A stretch of 64,000 nucleotides of DNA from Fimbriimonadales bacterium (GTDB lineage Bacteria > Armatimonadota > Fimbriimonadia > Fimbriimonadales > ATM1), in the NCBI GenBank assembly GCA_041744215.1, contig JBGTLG010000030.1, positions 63,793-127,792 of the forward strand, read 5' to 3'. Shown here in pieces: positions 53,677-64,000 of the stretch; position 1 is the first letter of the stretch, and every line of letters begins with the position of its first letter. The translations under genes were made by a program, and so were the position numbers. Under the pieces are notes generated by a model, which saw only the letters and a list, made by a program, of their open reading frames with translations, ran no database searches and was not told the DNA's origin.

Positions 53677-54369
53677 CTACTTTGTTTCTTCGGATAGCGG
53701 GGCATCGCGGGAGTGCTGTGGTTCAGGCAATTCGTTGCCGTCCGGTGCCACGGTAGAATTTTTCCGCCCAAACTTGTACTCGGTTCCCTTCAGCAAGCGA
53801 TCAATGTTGGAGCGGTGCTTATAAACAAGCAATGACGCCGCAACGCAGTAAAGGCCCCATGCGAGGATCGGCGCGCCTAGCAGGTACGCCGTCACGGGCG
53901 CGGTGATAACGGCAACTATGCTGGCAAGACTTACATAGCGCGTGAGAACAAAGGTAGTTAGCCAAACCGCGAACGTGAGCCCGCCGGCCAAAGGCGTAGT
54001 CGCCAGGACGACACCAAGCGCCGTCGCGACTCCTTTGCCACCGCGAAAACGGAGAAGCGGTGAAAATGTGTGGCCCATGACCGCGCACAACCCAACAAGG
54101 ATCGCTGCGCTTGGGGAGAACCCGTCGACGCCGAGATAGTGTCCACCTAGTAGGGCAGGAACATATGACTTCAGCACGTCGAGAATGAAAGCAGGCAGGC
54201 CAAGTTTCGGACCACAGATTCTCCAAACGTTCGTCGCGCCGATGTTGCCGCTGCCGACCTTCCTCAGATCGACGCCTCGAGTCATCGCGAGCCATAGTCC
54301 GAACGGCAGAGAGCCAATTAGGTAAGAGCCGACGCACGCGACCGACCAAGCGAGCACGTTGCTCGTCAT
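53677..54369 (-). CDS. plsY: Glycerol-3-phosphate acyltransferase PlsY
   Basis: Contains GSLPFGLWL and GSGNIGATNVWR, plus FRGGKGVAT. Confidence 0.9.
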   Translation of the reverse strand: MTSNVLAWSVACVGSYLIGSLPFGLWLAMTRGVDLRKVGSGNIGATNVWRICGPKLGLPAFILDVLKSYVPALLGGHYLGVDGFSPSAAILVGLCAVMGHTFSPLLRFRGGKGVATALGVVLATTPLAGGLTFAVWLTTFVLTRYVSLASIVAVITAPVTAYLLGAPILAWGLYCVAASLLVYKHRSNIDRLLKGTEYKFGRKNSTVAPDGNELPEPQHSRDAPLSEETK

Positions 54370-57080
54370 AAACTCTCCTCACCAAGAATAGACTCGAACA
54401 CAGCTTGAACTTCTTTGTGACACTCATCCACAATTCTCAGTAGCTCATTGGCGCCACCCACCTTGACCCAATCCGCTATCCTTGCGAGTTTGTCCGGGTT
54501 CTCAGGCAGGACGGAGTCAGAGTCTAGTTCGAGCAGGTACATCGCATTGCGCAAAAGAGAGAAGAGCTCATGCGCGCTCGTCAAGGTATCCCTCTCGAGA
54601 ATTGTGATAGCGTTCTCGTCTGCCAGTCGCCTTAACGAGTGAACGGTTCCAGTGCAGTTCCGTGCTGAAGTGTGCGTTCTCAGTTTGAGCACAGCGGTCA
54701 ACCACTCGATATCGAATAGCGATCCCGGACCTAACTTGAGATCACGTCCGGCTTCACTTGGCTGCGTCCGCTCAGCATGTACGCGCTTTCGCATATGTGC
54801 AGCCTCCGCTTCATCCGGTGATGACCACGGCCGAGAATACGTTGCCTGCAACAACCGGTCTGTACTTTCCGAGCGCTTCCGGAGCGACCGTGCACGAGCG
54901 TACGCAAGGCGCTCCCAGGGCTCCATGGCCGAGTTAGCGTATTCAGTGAGGCCAGAGAGAGAGCGCACTATGAGGCCGCTACGACCTTCAGGACGCAGGC
55001 GCACATCAACAGGAAGGGGGCTCCCGATCCCAATCCGCCTCAAAACTCGCATCCACTCCTCACCCGCCCGCTCCACAGCAGGGTGGATATCGTCGCCATG
55101 TGCGAGGAGCATAACATCCCAATCGGAGCAGAGCAGCAATTCTTCCGCACCGTAGCTGCCGAGAGCAATGATATCGACATCCGAGCCGCCACATCTGTCC
55201 AGTAAGGACAAAAGCATCAAGTCTGTGGCTGCAGTTTGGAACTGGCTTGATCTCTTTGCGTCGCCGTGAAGTGCGAGTTTGACAGAAGCCGTGACTGAAA
55301 GGCGCCGCGCAAGCGCCCCGGCTGCAATATCCCACCGATCATCAGCAGTCTCAAGTTGTGCTCTCCAATGCGCGAGAAGTCGGACATCGTCTTCGGGCGT
55401 AAACTCAACTTCTTCGGAAAACGCGACATCCCACAGTTCGCTGTGAAAGGCAACTTCACTAACTACGCGTGGCGCGCGTTCAACCAGCAGCCTTACTCTG
55501 GCAGTAGTATCCGCATCCAGCGGTCCGTCTCTCTTTTGGTCCACATCTCCGCTCACTGCCGCAAGCAGCTTCGTCAGGGACTCAGCTTCTCGACTTCCCG
55601 CTGAGTACGAGAAGTCTCCAATCACCCGATTCGAGTATGCAGCGACCGAAGCGAGACGCGGAAAACGATCTACCAAAATGCGTCGTACGATCGCCTTTCG
55701 CTTTCGCACCTCGCCGTCAAGCGTCGCCCAGTCAGGAAAGCGCATCAGCCGCGCGAGGACTGCCCGATCGCGGTCAGATTTCGGGAGCGTGTGCGTGTGG
55801 AATGAGTGTGTCAGTTGGATTCGGTGTTCCACCTGCCTAAAGAACCGATAGGCTGCGGCGAGATCGGTTGACTCTTTTTCGCTGAGGGCACGAGCACGAA
55901 AAAGGTGTGCCGCCGCTGACATTGTAGACGCTCCGCGCAACGGCAAGTTTTCCCTTCCTGCGACGAGCTGGAGAGTCTGCACAACAAACTCGATGTCGCG
56001 AATACCACCGCTGCCGTGTTTTAGATTTCCATCAAAGTCCGATGCGGACGAGGCCTCCACTTCAGCGCGCATTTTCGTTTCAAGCAACGATTCGAAGAAC
56101 CAATCGGATCTCGCGCCTTTGTAAAGATGTTGATTTGCGATCTCAAGGAACCGTTCGCCGAGTTTCAGTCCCCCAGCTATCGGGCGCGCGCGGACAAGAG
56201 CTTGCAGTTCCCACGGCTCTGCGTAGTTCTCCAAATACCGACTCAATGCGCTGATTGTGTGGGCTACGGGCCCCGCTTTTCCAAATGGTCTGAGTCTTAG
56301 ATCGATGCGATAAAGGTCGCCGCGCCCCATCTTGCCATTGAGAGCTCGCACGAACTTTTCGCAGAACCGTACCGTTCGATCGACGTCTTCCGTGGCGTCA
56401 TCAAGAACAAAGATAAGATCGATGTCAGAGGAGTAGTTCAGCTCTCTCGATCCATGCTTTCCCATTGCAACAACGCTCAAACACTCGGGATCAATACAGT
56501 CCTCGGAGGAACACGCGTCGAGGGCCGCTTGTAGCAACCCGTCTGCCAATTCAGACAGCTCGAGCCAAATCGACTCGGCGGGCAAATCACCGGATAGGTC
56601 ATGCCATACAATCCTCGCGAGCGTTCGCTTCTGAAGAAACCGTAACTGATCCAACTTGTGGCTTAACGAGATCGCGGACTTGAACAGACGTGTAGCTTCG
56701 TTCTTCACGTTCGCGGCTACGACAGGTTCGTACACATCGTGAGCATCGAAGAGAAGCGTAGCCGCGTCTGGATCGCGGATCAATTCGTTGGAGACGACTT
56801 GGCTCGATGCGAAAACGGTGAGAAGGCGGACCGCGAGTGGCGGCGAGTCATCGATCGCCGCTGCGCGAGTCTCGTGACTACCTCCTGATGTTAGCCATCT
56901 CTCAAAATTGGACAGCGCTCGATCTGGATCCGGGGTTGCCTCAATGATTGTACGAAGTCTTTGCCACATTCCTTCTCTGCCGAAGTCTCCAAAGCGACCT
57001 TTCAGCGCGTCGAGCCGCGTTGCATCGAACAGCGACTCCTCGGCAGAACGTTTAGGCACTGACGTAAGCACCCCGCACAC
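54366..57080 (-). CDS. glnE: Bifunctional glutamine synthetase adenylyltransferase/adenylyl-removing enzyme GlnE
   Basis: The two nucleotidyltransferase cores are GKHGSRELNYSSDIDLIFV and GSYGAEELLLCSDWDVMLL. The start is uncertain: GTG 57080, 57071 or 57059, all overlapping the end of the upstream GH4 gene. Confidence 0.85.
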   Translation of the reverse strand: MCGVLTSVPKRSAEESLFDATRLDALKGRFGDFGREGMWQRLRTIIEATPDPDRALSNFERWLTSGGSHETRAAAIDDSPPLAVRLLTVFASSQVVSNELIRDPDAATLLFDAHDVYEPVVAANVKNEATRLFKSAISLSHKLDQLRFLQKRTLARIVWHDLSGDLPAESIWLELSELADGLLQAALDACSSEDCIDPECLSVVAMGKHGSRELNYSSDIDLIFVLDDATEDVDRTVRFCEKFVRALNGKMGRGDLYRIDLRLRPFGKAGPVAHTISALSRYLENYAEPWELQALVRARPIAGGLKLGERFLEIANQHLYKGARSDWFFESLLETKMRAEVEASSASDFDGNLKHGSGGIRDIEFVVQTLQLVAGRENLPLRGASTMSAAAHLFRARALSEKESTDLAAAYRFFRQVEHRIQLTHSFHTHTLPKSDRDRAVLARLMRFPDWATLDGEVRKRKAIVRRILVDRFPRLASVAAYSNRVIGDFSYSAGSREAESLTKLLAAVSGDVDQKRDGPLDADTTARVRLLVERAPRVVSEVAFHSELWDVAFSEEVEFTPEDDVRLLAHWRAQLETADDRWDIAAGALARRLSVTASVKLALHGDAKRSSQFQTAATDLMLLSLLDRCGGSDVDIIALGSYGAEELLLCSDWDVMLLAHGDDIHPAVERAGEEWMRVLRRIGIGSPLPVDVRLRPEGRSGLIVRSLSGLTEYANSAMEPWERLAYARARSLRKRSESTDRLLQATYSRPWSSPDEAEAAHMRKRVHAERTQPSEAGRDLKLGPGSLFDIEWLTAVLKLRTHTSARNCTGTVHSLRRLADENAITILERDTLTSAHELFSLLRNAMYLLELDSDSVLPENPDKLARIADWVKVGGANELLRIVDECHKEVQAVFESILGEESL

Positions 57081-58380
57081 GGTCCACCCTCATCGGTGGG
57101 ATGTAGTCACCATGGGCTTCGATAAGTTCAGTGACCATGCCCCAGATTTCGTCTATCGTAAGCTCAGCTGAGGTGTGTGGGTCAAGCAGTGCCGCCTGGT
57201 AGACGTAATCCTGAATTCCTGTGAGCGCAGCCTCAACGGTGAGGGACTGCACGTTCACGTTCGTCATAATCATCGCAGCAAGTTGAGGAGGCAACGCTCC
57301 GATCCGCGTCGGCTGAATCCCGTTCTTGTCGACGAGGCATGGCACTTCAACGCAGCACTCTCGGGGCAGATTGTCAATAAGTCCGTCATTCGGAACGTTA
57401 CCATAAACGACGCGGGGAACACCGCTCTCCATCGAATGCATGATCAGCGAGCCGTACTCACTTGTGCGCACATGTTTGAGTGGATCGTCGCCCTCATACT
57501 CAACGCGTCGATTCTCCCAGACTGCCAATATGTCTTCGCAGCGGCGAATGTATTCATCGAGCGGAATGTTAAACGCTTCAATCAAATCTGGACGGTCGCG
57601 CCGAATGAAGTGATTGCAATATTCGCTAAAGTGTTCGCTACTCTCAGTAACAAAGTATCCGAGTCGTGTGAGCATTTCATATCTCACACGGTTGTTCTCT
57701 GGATCCGTACCTTGCTCTGCGATCTTCATCAGTTCAGGGTACAGATCCCGTCCCTTGTGCGTGAACCGGAGATAGAATGCGAGATGGTTGATGCCAGCAC
57801 ACAGGTAATCAATCTCATCCGCAGGTACACCGAGATCACGCGCCAACTCCCTTGCCGTTCCCTGAACGCTGTGGCAAAGCCCCACGGCCCGGATGTTTGT
57901 TGCTCGTGCGATCGCCCAGCAATTCATTGCCATTGGGTTTACGTATTGCAGCATGAGCGCGTTAGGGCATAGTTCCTCCATGTCTTTGCAGATGTCGAGG
58001 AGCACAGGAATCGTCCGCAGTCCCCTCATGATCCCACCAATGCCGGTAGTGTCCGCTATAGTTTGTCGAAGTCCGTACTTTTTCGGGATCTCGAAGTCGA
58101 TAACTGTGGCGGGCCTGTATCCGCCCACCTGAATCGCAGTGATAACATAGTCCGCGCCGTCAAGCGCTGCTCGCCGGTCTTCGGTTGCCATAATCGTTGG
58201 GTTGGAACCGGTTGCCTCTGCCAGTTTTTCGGTCATCCGCTTCGCGGTGTACAGCCGATCCGGGTCGATGTCCATCAGCCGAATGTCCGAAGATTGAAAC
58301 TCCTCGAACAGAAGTGTATCGCCGATAAGGCTCTTCGCAAAAACGACCGATCCGGCGCCAATGAGAGCAATCCTTGGCAT
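57052..58380 (-). CDS. Glycoside hydrolase family 4 alpha-glucosidase/alpha-galactosidase
   Basis: The NAD-binding N-terminus is MPRIALIGAGSVVF. VNPMAMN and GLCHSVQGT are present. Confidence 0.88.
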   Translation of the reverse strand: MPRIALIGAGSVVFAKSLIGDTLLFEEFQSSDIRLMDIDPDRLYTAKRMTEKLAEATGSNPTIMATEDRRAALDGADYVITAIQVGGYRPATVIDFEIPKKYGLRQTIADTTGIGGIMRGLRTIPVLLDICKDMEELCPNALMLQYVNPMAMNCWAIARATNIRAVGLCHSVQGTARELARDLGVPADEIDYLCAGINHLAFYLRFTHKGRDLYPELMKIAEQGTDPENNRVRYEMLTRLGYFVTESSEHFSEYCNHFIRRDRPDLIEAFNIPLDEYIRRCEDILAVWENRRVEYEGDDPLKHVRTSEYGSLIMHSMESGVPRVVYGNVPNDGLIDNLPRECCVEVPCLVDKNGIQPTRIGALPPQLAAMIMTNVNVQSLTVEAALTGIQDYVYQAALLDPHTSAELTIDEIWGMVTELIEAHGDYIPPMRVDRVRGAYVSA

Positions 58381-58389
58381 TATCGGAGT

Positions 58390-61149
58390 CTACCGCTTGG
58401 CCACGTTGAGCCACATGATGCTCCGGCGCAAGCCGTACTTGAGAATAAAGCCCACGTCGTCGTGGTCGCCCATCGGAGCTTCTTCTATGCCCAGGCCGCG
58501 ATAACCGACTTGGAGGTTGTTGTCTGTCGCACCCTGCGCGCCGTCAACCCATCGATATGACCACAGCACGTCGTTGTCATACCAACAGGCGGCGGAGTCG
58601 CTCCGCGAGTTCGTCCATTCATCGTAGTAGCGCTTAACAAGCCATCCGCCACGAACGGTCTTATCCGCGATCTGATGTGCTACATATTGCTGGGTCCACG
58701 GAGCGTCCTTGTTGGTCCGAAGCCCAGGACCAAAGACGTAGACTCGCCCACCAGCGCCAGCATCCTCGGAATCATCAAAGAGCGGAAGTAAACGTCCGCT
58801 GCCACGGGCATTGCCCTCCTCCCCTTCAACCCACTCGAAGCGATTCTCTCGGAACACCTCACCATCAAAATCGCACCAACGTACTTGCCACCGAGAGGTC
58901 TTCGCCTCACTTTGATCCTGCGTAGTTGCAAAGATAACTTGGTTGGTCTTCGTATCGACGCAGAATCCAGGCGCAGTCTTGCTATTGAATGGCAGTGAGC
59001 GCGCCTCAGACCATTCCTGACCTCCGAGAAAGACCGAGTACTCCAGCTCGCCGTTGTCTTTATGGAGAACTACGATCGCCTTATCCTTGACAACTCCGCA
59101 CGTCACGCGTCTCCCCGTTGAGTCAGGAAGGATTCCTGAGTTGCCCGGCTCGGTACCGAACAACTCCTGCCACTTAATCCCTTTGCTCGTTGGTGCCAAC
59201 ACCATGTAGCTTTCTCCGAGCGACATTCCACATGGATCCCCTATCACTTCCTTTCCCCAAATGGTGTGAGGTCCGTCCCAAGACGTCCCCGCTGTGTGGA
59301 ACATCGCAACGAGCGATCCCGGATTCTCTTCCGAAACAGTTGCAGGTTCGCCGGGCTTCGGCTCCGTGGGGAGCTGTGCGAAGAGATTTACCGCACGACC
59401 CGCGTGAACGAACAGCCACGGAGACGAGTGGGCCTTCGCGACGGTCTGCCGGGTACCTGCGTGTGTGCTGTACCCATAGTTGATGTCCGCACGTATGTTT
59501 CGTTCTCCGAAAACCCCGTTCCAGTTCCAATCGATGAGCGTTGTGTCCCCGTTCGGCTGCAGACGGAACCGATAAGGGCCCTTTTCGAGGAACTTGACCA
59601 CTTCGTAAGGAAACGGAAGGACCTCGTCGAGTTGAGTCTCGCGGATGACGTACGAAGCTAATGCACCTCGGCTGTAGTGGATCGCGGATCCTTTGTCATC
59701 GAACGAGTAGCTGTACGCATAGCTCATCAGGCTCGTGTACGTTGGGCAGTGGCTTGGCCCCCAATGCCCAGTGTGATCCAAGCCGAGCTGGTGGCCAAAC
59801 TCGTGTGCGAACACCGCGAACATTGACGCATCTCCGACTGCGCCCATATCGCCCATCTGGTTGGCTTGTCCGCCGCCGCCTTTCGTTATGTGCATCCAGT
59901 GAGCAATTCCGCGGTGCTCTTGCGGCATTGTCTCTCGCCCGACCTGAGGCCATCCCTTTCCTTTTACGCTTTCCAGGGATGTTGGCTCGAGGTAGATCAA
60001 GTGCAAAAACACTCCCTGGGTCAGGTTCAGATTTTCGACCGGCAGATCCCGGTAGAACTGGCGCACGCGTTCAAGCTCCTTTTTTGCCCTCTCTTCGTCG
60101 ACGTTCTCGTTTCGTTGGATGTAGCAAATGACATCGGGCTGCAAGGGTGAACAGCCCAACGCCTTCAGATCGAGCCCGCGGTAACCTCTGATCTCCCAGC
60201 CATCGAGTAATCCGTCGTTGTCCGTATCGCGGTCCCATGGATCAGTCCCTAGCAACTGCTCTTCTGCGTTGGTAAGGCCGTCACGATCCCAGTCGTCGTC
60301 CCCGGGGGAGAGTGAAAAGAGCACTTCGATGTCCCAGGATTCATGCTTTCGAGACCCATATCGGATTTTGACTAGGTCGCTGCGACCGTCTCCGTCCATG
60401 TCGCCGGTACGCAACACATAGGGCTCTTCCTCATCTGCAAGGCCCTTTAGTGGAATCGCCTCTGCGCCCTCAAGCAAGTGGCCCCCGGCAATGACTCTTC
60501 CTTCCCAAAGACAAACCGGCTCCCCCGGATCGCCGTTACGCAAAATCCGGTGGTCTAAAAGCCTCGGGCCATAGGAGCGGAGCTCTCCACCAGCCATCTG
60601 AACGATCCATCGTTTTCCGTCGAACTCGAACCATCTGACTCCGGCGGGCAGTGCTATGTCGACCTTTTGCGGCTCGTTGTCAAAGATGAATCTGAGTCCC
60701 GCACCGGACTTAGACGAGATGACTGTAAACCCCTTGCGCGATATACCCATCACCGGCTCAAGGAGCGGTGGATCGAAACGATGAACTTCCGTCACTACCT
60801 GATACTTAGCACCCTCCATAGTGTGCGCCACTCGAACGGAGCCATCCGCAAAGACAGCGGCGACGTCTCCTCCCTGGGTTCCCAGAAACTCGCCTGCTGT
60901 CGCGGCCAAGCAATCCGGCCCAAAGTTGGTTCGCGCTTGGACTCCAAACGCAGGCTTCTGCCCGTCAACATTCCGCGACACGTCAATGATCCCGCCTCCG
61001 GGCGGGTAAACACAGAGTAAATCGGCTAGGCCGTCGCCATCCGCGTCAGCAACCAGAGGAATTCTTGGAGGCGCGGCGAAATTGAACGCAATCAGCTGCG
61101 GCGGAGTAAAGAACTGAGTCGTAGCAGCAAGCACGAGGACGGAGACCAT
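58390..61149 (-). CDS. Secreted multidomain metzincin-type zinc metalloprotease with FG-GAP/VCBS-like and thrombospondin-type-3-like Ca-binding repeats
   Basis: Contains [11 protein letters not shown] plus the Met-turn SLMSY, and [11 protein letters not shown] and [12 protein letters not shown] (FG-GAP-like). [36 protein letters not shown] is TSP3-like. The N-terminus is short and hydrophobic. Confidence 0.75.
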   Translation of the reverse strand: MVSVLVLAATTQFFTPPQLIAFNFAAPPRIPLVADADGDGLADLLCVYPPGGGIIDVSRNVDGQKPAFGVQARTNFGPDCLAATAGEFLGTQGGDVAAVFADGSVRVAHTMEGAKYQVVTEVHRFDPPLLEPVMGISRKGFTVISSKSGAGLRFIFDNEPQKVDIALPAGVRWFEFDGKRWIVQMAGGELRSYGPRLLDHRILRNGDPGEPVCLWEGRVIAGGHLLEGAEAIPLKGLADEEEPYVLRTGDMDGDGRSDLVKIRYGSRKHESWDIEVLFSLSPGDDDWDRDGLTNAEEQLLGTDPWDRDTDNDGLLDGWEIRGYRGLDLKALGCSPLQPDVICYIQRNENVDEERAKKELERVRQFYRDLPVENLNLTQGVFLHLIYLEPTSLESVKGKGWPQVGRETMPQEHRGIAHWMHITKGGGGQANQMGDMGAVGDASMFAVFAHEFGHQLGLDHTGHWGPSHCPTYTSLMSYAYSYSFDDKGSAIHYSRGALASYVIRETQLDEVLPFPYEVVKFLEKGPYRFRLQPNGDTTLIDWNWNGVFGERNIRADINYGYSTHAGTRQTVAKAHSSPWLFVHAGRAVNLFAQLPTEPKPGEPATVSEENPGSLVAMFHTAGTSWDGPHTIWGKEVIGDPCGMSLGESYMVLAPTSKGIKWQELFGTEPGNSGILPDSTGRRVTCGVVKDKAIVVLHKDNGELEYSVFLGGQEWSEARSLPFNSKTAPGFCVDTKTNQVIFATTQDQSEAKTSRWQVRWCDFDGEVFRENRFEWVEGEEGNARGSGRLLPLFDDSEDAGAGGRVYVFGPGLRTNKDAPWTQQYVAHQIADKTVRGGWLVKRYYDEWTNSRSDSAACWYDNDVLWSYRWVDGAQGATDNNLQVGYRGLGIEEAPMGDHDDVGFILKYGLRRSIMWLNVAKR

Positions 61150-61161
61150 TGGAGACGCATT

Positions 61162-62058
61162 GTGGACGATAGAGACCTCATCGATGAGGTTTCAGACCAG
61201 CGGCGCCCCGTTAACATTCCGTTAACGGAATCGACCCCACAATCAGCAGTGGAGCCCGCCGCGGTCGTAGATGACGTAACCCTGCCGCCCTCCTACCCGG
61301 TCGAGGAGACCAAAGTCCGGGCAGCCGAGGTCGACTTTTTCTACGGCACGTTCCAAGCGCTCAAGTCGGTCTCAATCGACATCCCGAAGAACAGGATCAC
61401 CGCCCTGATCGGGCCCTCCGGCTGTGGCAAGACGACCTTCCTCCGCTGCATCAATCGTATGAACGATCTGATCGACGGCACCAAATTGCTTGGCAAGATC
61501 GAGCTGGACGGAAAGGACATATATGATCGCTCTATTGACGTCGTGCACCTGCGCAAGCGGGTTGGGATGGTGTTTCAGCGCCCGAATCCATTTCCGATGT
61601 CGATCTTCGATAACATGGCGTACGGGCCCCGCCTGCACGGCATCCGTAGGCGCGGCGATCTCGAAGACCTCGTTGAGAAGTGTCTGCGCCGCGCGTTTCT
61701 ATGGGAGGAGGTCAAAGATAAGCTCCATGAGCCAGGAACTAATCTCTCTGGCGGCCAGCAGCAACGACTATGCATAGCACGCGTCTTGACAGTAGAGCCG
61801 GACGTAATCTTAATGGATGAGCCTTGTTCAGCGCTCGACCCAGTTGCCACTTCGAAGATCGAGGACTTGATGATGGAGTTGCGTGACGAGTACACGGTCA
61901 TCATCGTGACGCACAATATGCAGCAAGCTCAGAGAGCGAGCGACTACACTGGCTTCTTTCTTCTTGGCGAGTTAGTCGAGTTTCAAGGAACATCGAATCT
62001 TTTCGTTGTGCCTCAGAAGAAGGAAACAGAGGACTACATTAGCGGCCGTTTCGGTTGA
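61162..62058 (+). CDS. pstB: Phosphate ABC transporter ATP-binding protein PstB (orphan)
   Basis: Contains [57 protein letters not shown] and [15 protein letters not shown] 61162 has GGAG upstream. An alternative GTG at 61249 would give a more typical length. Confidence 0.85.
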   Translation: MDDRDLIDEVSDQRRPVNIPLTESTPQSAVEPAAVVDDVTLPPSYPVEETKVRAAEVDFFYGTFQALKSVSIDIPKNRITALIGPSGCGKTTFLRCINRMNDLIDGTKLLGKIELDGKDIYDRSIDVVHLRKRVGMVFQRPNPFPMSIFDNMAYGPRLHGIRRRGDLEDLVEKCLRRAFLWEEVKDKLHEPGTNLSGGQQQRLCIARVLTVEPDVILMDEPCSALDPVATSKIEDLMMELRDEYTVIIVTHNMQQAQRASDYTGFFLLGELVEFQGTSNLFVVPQKKETEDYISGRFG

Positions 62059-63949
62059 GCTTGTCGCCATCTGCTCGCATTCGCTCTATGGCCTTGTTAA
62101 CTTCTTGAATGTGGTTTTGAGGAAGCTGTGAGAATTCGACCGGTTTCATCGTCCCGAACGGCCAGGATTCCGCGAACGAATACTCCATTCCGAGTTCGCC
62201 AGCAGAAAACTGAAGTTTGATCCATCGATTAACCATCGGCACGTACTTCGCCTCTGGTGCTTCCCGGACCTCGTCTTCTTCCCACCAATCCTCAAAATCT
62301 TCAGGGAACCTTCTCATGTACTCCCGCCAGGCTACACTTTCGATATCCTCAAAGAAGGTCCTCGCTTCTTCTGACGACCCGACGGTGGACACGAATGCGG
62401 GAAAGTCTTTGGCAAGGAGCCGAATAACACCGTCTGCCGGAAGCCCCTGCGGAAGAGCCACGGTCGCCTCATCCAGGCCGGCGATAGAATAGTCCGAGGT
62501 GCCGATCAGAGATTCGAGTGCGGACTTTAGATAAAGCCGTGCGTAGTAATCGGAATCATCGATGTCGCCCTCAGACTCCTCCTCGTCCCCGTGATCATGC
62601 ATATCCTCGAGGTCTTCTTCGTCTTCGTCCCAGCCCGTAAGTTCGAAGAGGTAGTTTGGTTGACCCTGCTGGAAGAAGAGGCGCTCCAGTAAGGCTCTCT
62701 CCCGAATTCCAAGTGCAGAATACGGCAGGCTTCCCGTGCGCTCGAGCTGGAGCTTGAGATGGGCAGGCAGAGTCTTCCAGAACACCAGGGCCAAGTTTGC
62801 TTCAACATCGCCGTAGCCTACGCTGTAGCCCTCATCAGCGCCCCAGGTTTCCCGGTCCTCGCTCACCAGCGCGATGGCCCAGCAAGCGACCCCCAAAACG
62901 TCATCCCAAGGCAAAGCGTTGGACGAGACTAACAACGCAAGTCGATCCAGATCCCCCTGTCTCCATTCGTGCATCGACCGCAGGAACGCTGCTTCAGCAG
63001 TTAAGTCAAGCGCGTTACGCGACTCTCGAAGCGGATACTTCGCCGTGAGGACACACCAGCCATCTTTGGTCTCGGCGCCGTGATTGAACTCCAACCCTCC
63101 GAGAATCATTGAAGGCATCGGGCGCTCATCCTCGGTTTCCGATGAGTAGTCATAGTAGAGCGGAAGGCGCAGCGCGAGACTGAGCCCCTTTGTTCGACCC
63201 ATATGATGCAGGTGATCCGATACATCGAAGGAGTGTCGATGGTGCTTGTCAGGCGACGAGAGCGCCTCCCTCACTTCTGGCGGCAGATCACGACCTCGCA
63301 ATTCCCAGGACCGGCGCTTACCATCGGCTGTTGGAATTCGACCAGAGATTGTTCCGATCTGAGCGGAGATGGGCCGCATCTCCGCAGTCGTTTCTTCGCT
63401 ACCCGGCACGTACTGCTGTTGCACTACGCACCAACAATCGACGCCGTGTGTACGTGGTGTTTCCGAAGTTGCTTCAAGGTGAAGGTAGTGCGTCTCGGCC
63501 TGCGCGACGTCTCCCATGGCCGCGTACTCAAGAACTAGCCTCGCCTCGTAGGTTGGGTAAGAGTCCCGCTCCCAGGACTTCCTCACGAAGAGGAATGCCT
63601 CTAAGATCGGCCCCTTGTCTACAAACATTTGCCCGAAACCGTCTCTTGAGCCGTAGCCCGTGTCCAACGCTCGGCGGAGCTTCGCCTGCTCTGCCTCGAA
63701 AATCGTAAGGGTTGCCCTCATGCCAGGATTGAATGGACGCTGGAATCTGCGAGGATTCAACGAGTAGACCACCCCGGAGAAATCCGGATACGCCATGAGT
63801 TCGGTCGTTGGCACGTGTGCGAGCAATCGCGCTGTTGCGCGGGCTATAGGAGTACTCCTACGAGCCTCGTGTTCGGAGCGAGCGAACTCGCCCCTTGCTA
63901 TGCCACCCTCCAGGTCAGGCGAGTTGAGTAAGGCTTCCAAGCTTCGCAT
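62039..63949 (-). CDS. Large hypothetical protein with an acidic cluster; may extend beyond the window
   Basis: The 636-aa ORF has native composition, the acidic run [29 protein letters not shown] and the His-rich patch [15 protein letters not shown]. The frame stays open from 63950 to 64000, so the true start may lie off-window. Confidence 0.5.
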   Translation of the reverse strand: MRSLEALLNSPDLEGGIARGEFARSEHEARRSTPIARATARLLAHVPTTELMAYPDFSGVVYSLNPRRFQRPFNPGMRATLTIFEAEQAKLRRALDTGYGSRDGFGQMFVDKGPILEAFLFVRKSWERDSYPTYEARLVLEYAAMGDVAQAETHYLHLEATSETPRTHGVDCWCVVQQQYVPGSEETTAEMRPISAQIGTISGRIPTADGKRRSWELRGRDLPPEVREALSSPDKHHRHSFDVSDHLHHMGRTKGLSLALRLPLYYDYSSETEDERPMPSMILGGLEFNHGAETKDGWCVLTAKYPLRESRNALDLTAEAAFLRSMHEWRQGDLDRLALLVSSNALPWDDVLGVACWAIALVSEDRETWGADEGYSVGYGDVEANLALVFWKTLPAHLKLQLERTGSLPYSALGIRERALLERLFFQQGQPNYLFELTGWDEDEEDLEDMHDHGDEEESEGDIDDSDYYARLYLKSALESLIGTSDYSIAGLDEATVALPQGLPADGVIRLLAKDFPAFVSTVGSSEEARTFFEDIESVAWREYMRRFPEDFEDWWEEDEVREAPEAKYVPMVNRWIKLQFSAGELGMEYSFAESWPFGTMKPVEFSQLPQNHIQEVNKAIERMRADGDKLNRNGR

Positions 63950-64000
63950 AACCGAGGCCTTCTTCTCCGCTTCCGATTCGTCGAACGGTTTTGCGTCGCC

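Noticed and set aside
57175-57972. A 265-aa plus-strand ORF, along with similar long ORFs at 42007-42762, 48499-49308, 26348-27193 and 28263-29000.
   Set aside because: All are antisense to strongly supported genes (GH4, gcvPB, the large era-linked gene, the G5/3D protein, the prepilin-like protein) and have shadow-frame composition.

Overview
GC-rich, gene-dense bacterial chromosomal segment with about 65 protein genes, 2 tRNAs, and no rRNA, CRISPR array, transposase, integrase or obvious prophage. All calls come from reading the ORF track and sequence and recalling family motifs. No database search was run, and start codons were refined by hand from SD motifs and neighbouring stop codons.

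Most of the window is housekeeping:
- Iron, tmRNA and tRNA modification: feoAB, smpB, rimI-tsaD.
- Chaperone, cell wall and cofactor genes: grpE, glmM, coaX, accB.
- Translation: rpmE-rpmG-rpmF, rsmA, obg-nadD-rsfS, era.
- Energy and central metabolism: hppA, sucD, a cysteine desulfurase, gcvH-gcvPA-gcvPB.
- Transcription, envelope and others: a sigma-70 factor, lptD plus lptF/G, plsY, glnE, a GH4 glycosidase, pstB.

LPS-transport genes and a prepilin-like protein with N-terminus [24 protein letters not shown] suggest a diderm lineage of the Armatimonadota, Planctomycetota or Verrucomicrobiota type. This is an inference only.

The items most worth a second look are:
1. Three intergenic tandem arrays share an exact 21-bp period. 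Two belong to the same sequence family in inverted orientation about 21 kb apart. The third is unrelated in sequence and lies just upstream of obg.
2. A tightly coupled four-gene minus-strand operon at 10446-14789 encodes an Ig-like secreted protein, a FadL/PorV-like outer-membrane barrel, a secreted TPR plus caspase-fold protein that appears to lack the His/Cys dyad, and an HhH-like cytosolic protein. The barrel plus clan-CD-fold pairing is reminiscent of the T9SS PorV/PorU attachment module.
3. The obg-nadD-rsfS operon is extended by two membrane proteins. The last one carries two zinc ribbons and a ribosomal L7/L12 C-terminal-like domain.
4. The membrane pyrophosphatase carries an insert of about 270 residues.
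5. A membrane-anchored protein at 22304-22969 is built from seven repeats of 22-23 residues.

Several orphan secreted or large proteins have no recognisable family. Many long ORFs in the track are antisense or alternate-frame shadows typical of GC-rich DNA and were rejected.
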